From the NCBI RefSeq assembly GCF_006345805.1, contig NC_042997.1:163308001-163372000 (forward strand): a stretch of DNA of 64,000 bases, given 5' to 3'. The translations under genes were made by a program, and so were the position numbers. Shown here piece after piece: positions 39,401 through 48,400 of the stretch. The number at the start of each line of letters is the position of its first letter. Positions within the stretch are counted from its first letter, which is position 1. Below the pieces are notes generated by a model. It searched no databases. It was not told the DNA's origin and was given only the letters and a program-made list of their open reading frames with translations. Origin of the DNA: Octopus sinensis (taxonomy: Eukaryota).

Positions 39401-42400
39401 ATGCAATGAATTAGAGACCGATCCACTGGTGACCGGTAGCCAAGAATGATATTGTCCATAAATTGCATTACAAACTTTAAATGGTATAAAACAAGCCTCA
39501 TTTATTTACTTTATATCACAATTGATGAATGATATCAAAATTGGTTGCAGGATTTCAATGAGCCAATTGATCACTAGTTTACAGTATTTCTAATGACAAG
39601 ATTAACCCTAAAAAGCACCAACTGATCGTTGCCGTTGCCAGCCTCCCCTGGCACCTGTGCCGCTGGCACGTAAAAAGCACCCACTACACTCACTGAGTGG
39701 TTGGTGTGAGGAAGGGCATCCAGCTGTAAAAACACTGCCAGATCAGACTGGAGCCTGGTGCAGCCTCCTGGCTTCCCAGACCCCAGTTGAACTGTCCAAC
39801 CCATGCTAGCATGGAAAACGGACGTTAAATAATGATGATGTTACCAACCCGGCTGAAACCGGCTCTGGATCTGAGTACAAATGTCTTGTTTTCATAAGTT
39901 TTGAATTAAAATCTTCCACCAAACCTTAGTCACTGAAAGATAACCAAGTTATTTTACTAAATTCTTTGTTATATTTAAAGTAACTGAAAGAAACACAGAG
40001 CATCTCAAAATAAATACAGTAACGAAAGGGTTAAACTAGCCATATCCAGCTTAAACATAATGGTCAAACTGGCTGGGTCTGGCCTCTCACACCTACCCTA
40101 CAATGTCCTTCTAAAAATAAACAATCACATCATTGAAATCTCAAAGCTATGACATAATGCAAAGATTAAAAGGAATGAAGCCAGTATGCTCCGCTGGATA
40201 TATAATGTCAGAGTGCGTACTCGACAGAGTGTAAGTACTTTGAGAGAAAAGTTGGACCTAAGAAGCATCATATGTGGTGTGCAAGAGTGACGACTGCACT
40301 AGTATGATCATGTGGTGAGAATGGATGAGGATAGCTGTGTGAAAAAGTGCCACACCTTAGTAGTTGAGGGAACCTGTGGAAGAGGTAGACCCAGGAAGAC
40401 CAGGGATGAGGTGGTGAAGCACGACCTTCAAACGTTATGCTTCATCAAAGCAATGACTAATGACCGAGACCTTTGGAAATATGCTGTGCATGAAAAGATC
40501 CAGCAAGCCAAGTGAGGTCATAACCTGTGGCCTATGCCAGGGGTATAACCAGCCCACTTATGCGTAGCTTTCCTTCATTGGACACTAAACTCTGCTTGCG
40601 AAGACCTGTTGAGGTAAGTGAAATCCAAATCGAATCAAAATAAGCATTACATTTGGCAGAAAAATTTGAATGCTAAATGGTTAGCAAAGGAGTATCTGTA
40701 ACTTGATGCAAAACAAAAGTCTAAAGGGATTTTGTTCATAAAGCAATGGTTTTCCAGTTCTCTTGCAAATATTTATATCTTTTGCTGAAAAATACACACA
40801 TAAATACACACGATATATGGTTAGTGAGGAGAATGGTAGCTCACTCACTGAAAAACATGAAGAAAGTTGGGAGGTTATCTGTATTGCAGAGTGTGCTAGA
40901 AAACTAACTTGCTTGTACTTGTGATGGAATTCACCCAGGGTGGATTGAGCCGGCGTCTTCTCTGGTCCTGACGGCAGCAGGAACCATGGCAGGCCACGCT
41001 CGACGGTCCTGTGCGAGGTCACTGGAGATAGCGAGCCATTCGTGGTGCCATCTGTGCAGACTGACCACCTGTGGACCTGAGAGTTCGGAGAGGTCCTTTA
41101 TTGACATTGCCCAGGTCTTCAGCTGCCCGCCCATGCGTTTGCGCCAGTTGGGAAGTGGAAGTGGGAGGAGGACATCGCGAATCAGCTCACCCTCTGGACG
41201 CCGGGCCGCATGACTGAACCACCTTAAGCACCATTGTAGAAGCACCGAAGGGAGAGGCCGGAGATTCAGGCGATGATGAAGACTGGCTGTAGGAACCCGA
41301 TCAATGCATTGGCAGCGAAGAATACAGCAGAGACAGTTATTGTCGAACACCTCCAGCCTTCACTGATCGACTACCCTCATAAGCCATGTTTCACAACCAT
41401 AGAGGAGGATAGTACGAAGGATGGCCCGGTAGATTCGCCCTTTGGTCACTGAGGAGATCTCTCTTCTATCCTACAGGCACCACTGGAGGCGCATGAATGC
41501 AGATCTGGCAGCACCTATGTAACGCTTGACCTCGGCTGCACCCTGGCCTGTTGGAACCACCACTGAACCCAGGTAGACGAAATACTCCACATCCTCCAGC
41601 TCCATGCCCTCGAGAATGGCTGCCATTCATCTGCTGTGACCAGAGACATTATCACTTTGGTTTTGCCAGCATTGATCTGAAGACCAACAGCTGATCTAAA
41701 ACTAAGGACCACAATCAGTGGTAAGATCCTAGATGGATGTAAACTGAGGATGATGGTGACATGCTATGGTTCTCCAAAGAGTTTCCATCAACAACATTCC
41801 ATTCACAAGGGTTATGGTAGAAGACACTTGCCCAAGGTACTTCACAATCGGATCAAACTTGGAGCCACATGGTTACAAAGCAAACAACTTAACTTTACCA
41901 TACATACAGAGATAAATATGTCTCCTGCACCCATAGCAATTATGAAAATAATTAAGCAGCGGAAACTGTAGAGCATCAGACTCAATGTCTTCCAGCATTA
42001 AATATTATCCCTGGATATTGACTTCAAATCCCTTTAACTGGGATCGATCTAATGAACTATACCTCTACCATATACAAATGTGAAAACAAGACAAATCACT
42101 GAAAGAAATGATACAATTACTGTTTTTACACAATAAACATATTTACATTGCTTTAAATTACTTAGAGGAAGAGCAGGACCTCTAAAACTAATAACATTTT
42201 GCTTAGACCAAAGACCTGGCCTTGAGCGCCTGCAAAGAAAGTGGTCTACAGGCGTACTAAATTGGACAATGAATTAAATCTGCAATGCAATATTTACTTT
42301 GGAAGGTTTTTATAACTTCCTAATGGCACAGAGCAAAATAGTTCCAACTAAAAAAAAAAAAAGATAGAAGAAAAGAAATTGCATCTTACCTCTATGTATT

Positions 42401-45400
42401 TTGTCATCATAAGTGGAAGCATTTGAATAGGAATAGGTATGTCTAGTTTGAGAGTTAGGACTACCAAAGGCAGCATAGAATGGTTGACTATGCATTAAAG
42501 GTTTTGGTGTTGGTACCTGTAATAATGGTACAGGTCTTTGTATGGAAGTCTTAAAACCCAAATTTTTTGGTGAATGTGGCTGATGGTATGCATTTGAAGG
42601 TGAAATAAAGTTATCTTGTGGGGAGTAGGGTGAACCATTTCTGAAGTCCATATTAAAGGGAGGTTTCAGCAATTTATAGTGATATTGACCATTCCTTTGT
42701 AAGATTCCCATCACCATTTCAGGAATAGCTTGTAAAACTGCATCCAGTGAACAAAATCCGCATTTCTCGTAGTTTAAAGAAGCGCCAAACCTGTAAAAGA
42801 TAGTTTTAAAAATTGAAGCAATTCTGGAGAACATCTTTAGTCTTTTACTTGTTTCAGTCATTAGACTGCAGCAATGCTGGACCACCATTCAAGAAATTTT
42901 AGTAAAATGAATTGACTGCAGTACCTATTTCTTTTTTAAAGCTTGGTACATATTCTATCAGTTTTCTTTTGCCAAACTGCTAAGTTACAGGTTGTCAAGC
43001 AGTGGTGGGAGACAAACACACACACATATATAACGGGCTTCTTCCAGCTTCCGTCAATGAAATCCACTTACAAGGCTTTGGGCAGCCCAATGCTATAATA
43101 TGAGACACTTGTCCAAGGAGCCACACAGTAGGACTGAACTCAGGACCATGTGGTTAGGAAGCAAGCTTCTTTCCACCCAGCCACACTTGTACCTTATATC
43201 ATTTTCAAAATAAGTTACCATTTACACACAATGCTGCACAAAGTAAAAATAGTTGTCTCATTGTTATTTGATCTGCTTTCTCTATGCTGGCATGGATTGT
43301 ATGAGACTTATTCTTGTTGCCAATCTACACTTGCTTTCCAAGAAAGGTATCTTTATTCCACTGGTCTTCACATGAAAGAGCTATGGAGCCTGTTTACAGG
43401 AAACCTAAACAAACCTTTATACAAATAGTGTTAACATGAAGAGGCACACTGACACACAACTGTATGTACATATATAATAAGATTTTGTACAGTCTCTATC
43501 TCCTAAATTTCACTTACAAGGTATTGGTCAACCAGAAGTTAGAGTAGAAGACACTGAAAGCACTTGGTTCTGAATTTTATAACCACACAACCAAGCCAAT
43601 CAAAGAGACAGGAGCATTTTCACTAACACACACAAAAATGGACTTAATTTCAGCCTACTAAATTCACTCAGCAAGAATTGGTTAGCCCAAGGCTTATAAT
43701 AGAAGACATTTGCCCTAGGTGTGCTGCACAGTGACACTGAACCTGAAACCACATGGTTGGGAAGCAAGCTTCTTACCCACATAGACATTAGCTTTCTTGT
43801 AAACCAGTGGTTTTGGCAGTTTATAACCAGTGATTCACTGTCGTATTGAATTTTTTTGTTCTTTTACATGTTTCGGTCATTTTGACTGCAGCCATGCTGC
43901 ACCACCTTATAGCATTTTAGTCTAAGAAATTAACCCCAGGACTTATTCGTTGTAAGCCTGGCACTTATTCTATCAGTCTCATTTGCCGAACTGCTAAGTT
44001 ACAGGGGCAATAAATACACCACCATCAGTTGTCAAGCAATGGTAGGAGGACAGAGACACACACATATATACAATGGACTTCTTTCAGTTTCTGTCTAGCA
44101 AATCCACTCACAAGGCTTTGGTTGGCCTGAGGCACTTGCCCAAGGTACCACTCATTGGGACTGAACCCAAAGCCATGTGGTTGGGAAGCAAGCTTCTTAC
44201 CATGCAGCCACACCTACACCTGTTTTATTTTTTCACAGTATTACTATATATGCAAGTGTTAAAAAGTATAATCTCTAATTGAACAAAATTATGCTGCAAG
44301 CTTTGTGATGCCTTTTGCCAATTACTTTAAGTTATATTTCTTGGAAGGATTGCATTGTCTGCTACAAATCAGCATACCAGTTGTACTCTGAGGAATGCAA
44401 TCTATCACACAAGGAATCAATAAAAATTGTGAAGAAATCTCCCTGAACCTTATATTGGGTAGCCAGCTCAAAGAACATTAAAATAACTACACCAAAAACA
44501 AACAAAAAAAACCATCAACATTTTATCTATTGTTCCAGATTGACACAACCTTTTAGCATTTAATTCGACTATTTAATCTGGCCAAAATATTTCTACTAGT
44601 TTTATGTTCAAAACAACCAGATCCAACCCCAACAATGTCATTGTAAAAATATACAAACACACCATTTAAATGCTGAATCAACAAGATAATGCGTGATTAA
44701 TTCAAAGCAATGTGAACCTTTTAGCATTTAATTCGGCTATTTAATCTGGCCAAAATATTTCTACTAGTTTTATTTTCAAAACAACCAGATCCAACCCCAA
44801 CAATGTCATTGTAAAAATATACAAACACACCATTTAAATGCTGAATCAACAAGATAATGCGTGATTAATTCAAAGCAATGTGAATAAAAACGCATTACAT
44901 TTGACAAAGAAATCTGAATGCTAAAGGGTTAAACAAAAGATTTAAGCTACTTTGTTGGTGACTGGTTTGGATTCTGGAAAAGGTAAAAAAAAAAGATAGA
45001 AGCTTAAAATAAATGCCAAAGAAACAAATTCTTATTTTCTTGTTTTCAGTCAATGGACTGCAGGTTTACTTAAAGGTTTAATCAGTCAACTCCAGTATTT
45101 TTAGGCGTATAATCTTTTAATTCTTCTATACTGAACAACTAAGTTACAAAAGCATAAACAAATCATCATTCGTTGTCAAGCAGTGAGAGGTAAACATACA
45201 TGTACGCATGCAAGCACATACACACATCATCATTGTTCCTCTTTATCTTTTGCATCATCTACTTTTCATGCTGTATTGCAGAGTGTGCTAGAGAATTAAG
45301 GACCAGAATGAGTGGTAAGATCCTGTAAGATGGATGTAAACTGAAGATGATGGTGTCATACTATGGGTCTCCAAAAACAGACTAAGATGATCCAAAGGGT

Positions 45401-48400
45401 TGGGGGGGTAAACATCTTACACAAATATCTGTTTCCACATGATTTCTATATATGGATGCTCTGCATAAAACAAACTAATTTACAGAGAGTAATGGGTGAA
45501 TTTTTCACTGGTAACAGCACAAGGAAAGTTGTCAAGGCTCTTTGCAAGACTGAAGGGTCCACTCAACCCTGTTCAGTTCACGAGTCACTGGATGCTATTT
45601 TGAGGGCATGAGCACTAAATGAGGACCCCTCATAACACAAGATTAAAGAGCCCCCTTAACTGAAAGGTAAATAAGAGGGTAATGAGTTTAAGCAAGACGT
45701 TGAAAGAGGTTGAAGTATAATGAGAGTAGCAGATGTATTGTTGAGTGGATGAGTAGGGGGATCTAGTGTTCTGGGGTGGGTGAAATGGGTGCTTGAAAGA
45801 GAAATGGCGTTCAGGGAGGCAGAGGAAGAAGAAAAGCCATGGGGTTAATGTGGGGAAAGAGAGATGGCATAGAGGAGGAATGGATGAATGTAATGAGAAC
45901 AGTGAGAGTAAAAGAGGCAGTGGGAAGGCAAAGGATCTCAATGCAGTGACATCCCAGCCACCTTCACAACTTGTTTTAGCATTCTTTCAGCCTTGACTGC
46001 ACAAGAGTCAGCTTTCTCCAACACCATTGTGTCACCTGTTATCATGATTCCTTATCTATTTCAACACCAGGCGTAAGAGTGGCTGTGGGGTAAATAGCTT
46101 GCTTACCAACCACACGGTTCCGGGTTCAGTCCCACTGCGTGGCACCTTGGGCAAGTGTCTTCTACTATAACCTTGGGCCGACCAAAGCCTTGTGAGTGGA
46201 TTTGGTAAACGGAAACTGAAAGAAGCCTGTCATATATATATATATACATATGTATGTGTATATGTTTGTATGTCTGTGTTTGCCTCCCCGCCAACATCGC
46301 TTGACAACCGATGCTGGTGTGTTTACGAACTTAGCGGTTCGGCAAAAGAGACCGATAAAATAAGTACTAGGCTTACAAAGAATAAGTCCAGGAGTAAATT
46401 TCCTCGACTAAAGGCGGAGCTCCAGCATGGCCACAGTCAAATGACTGAAACAAGTAAAAGAGTAAAGAGACCATGAGAGGGATCAGATTTCACCATTGTG
46501 TCGCATGTCTTTGTAGATCTTCCTCTTGCACAGGTACCAACCTCTTTGCGTGCTCTGCACCTTTTTATGCAGCTGTTGTCATTCATATGCATCACATGCT
46601 CATACCAATGCAGTTTATTTCTTATATACTATGTCTAATCCGTATTATATAATCGTTCTCTCATGTCATTTATACTCAGTTGTTCATGCATGTTAACATT
46701 ATGTCTAGCAAAGCATACTTGCTGTATTCATTTCTAGTCTTCACAAATCCCCTGCATTCAAAGCTCATATTTCATTACCTTGCGGCATTGGATTTCACAT
46801 ACAAGCATCATACAACCACCGGCCCTTTCACTGAGGGAGAGGTTCTTCGTTGCCAACAGAGACAGTAGCACTGGAGAATTTTTTTCTGATAGGTTCATAC
46901 TCTGGTTACTATGCTTTCAGAGCACCTGCCAACGGTGTTAATTAGATCACCTGTGCAACAGAGACTATTTACTACCTTTTGGAAGCCAACAAGGCAGTTG
47001 AAAGAATCTCTTTCCTGAGTGCTTTTCATGTGCACTTGCCACATAGGAAAGTCAGCTTTTTTGTTACCCTGCTTGCAGTCCCCACCTCTTGTGTGTATAT
47101 TCTTTGCACTGAGCACACGATATGAAAATATGAAATCTCTGACAACAAGTAACTCATTTCAGCTAACGAGAAATCCTCTATACATGATAATTAAAGGCGT
47201 TTCAGTAATAATTTGGCTGCTGTTTCTAGCCGATCGAATGAGGCGTGGAGGTTTCCTGTTAACTGAGATTAGTTGTTTAGCTCCAGGCAGTTCTGTTTCA
47301 GTAGACCTATGATTAAAGACACTCCACCCCTGACCATCGTATCTTTGTTTTTAAGCAGTGTACGGTACTTTCAGACATTCAGTATGTCCTTTAAAATGAT
47401 GATAGGGTGTAACAATGAAGATTTAGGTTTTAGAAAAACTCGCGTTCGGAACGCCGTTCATGACTGGGTGGTCATGGTTGAAACTTAAAATAGGTGAAAT
47501 GATCACTGGGAACGCGTTGAGAGAAAGGCGTATGTTTTCACGCATCGGCGCATATTTTCCCGCGTTCACAGCGAAATAAATCGGACGCATTATTTTTACG
47601 TTTTGGAAAGTTTTCTTGTTTTAGAAGCTAAACTATGGGTTACCCAAAATATGTGTTGAGGTAGTCCCAGTTAGAAGAAAGTGCAAAGCTCATAAGCTTC
47701 ACAGTGGGAGTCCGAGACTATTTATCGCATCTCAAATGTGCGATACGAAAATCAATTCATACTAACAGTAAAAAAACAACAACATTAGCAGCACAGGTGT
47801 AAGAAGAACTATAGTGATAGACTTCAACTGGCTATTTACCACCAGATTCCATACAAACGTGTTATCATTAATTTATGAGACAACCCAGTTGAACAAGAAA
47901 CTTGTAGATTTTCACTCAGTGAATAAACTACCACACGTAATTTTATCCAACCTGCAAAAACAGTATGAGGATGATAACGGAAGTAGGGTAGCAGGGCAAA
48001 GAGAGTGAGTGAGAGTTGTGAATAAAAAGAAAGATAGAGAGGTATATTATACACACTTGTTAGAGGTAGGATGCTGTTTTAACACAGAGTATATTATGTG
48101 AGGTTTAGAGTTGTATACATTATATACATATAACCTACTTTCTAGCAGCTTTTCTTAATGAAAAAATAGGAAAGCTCAAAAGATATTCAAATTGTCGCAA
48201 TCAATAAAATAAATATTTTGCATGCAGACAATATGACATTTCACGCGAGCCTAAAGGAAACAGCTTAATTCACTAAAATATAAATTAGAAAAAAAAAGTT
48301 ACGGCTAAAAATGTTCAAAGTGAATTAAGTAGAAATAATATGCAACAGTTAAAAAGTATGTGAAGAATTTGAACATGGTAAGTCAAAGTTAAAAAGCTAG

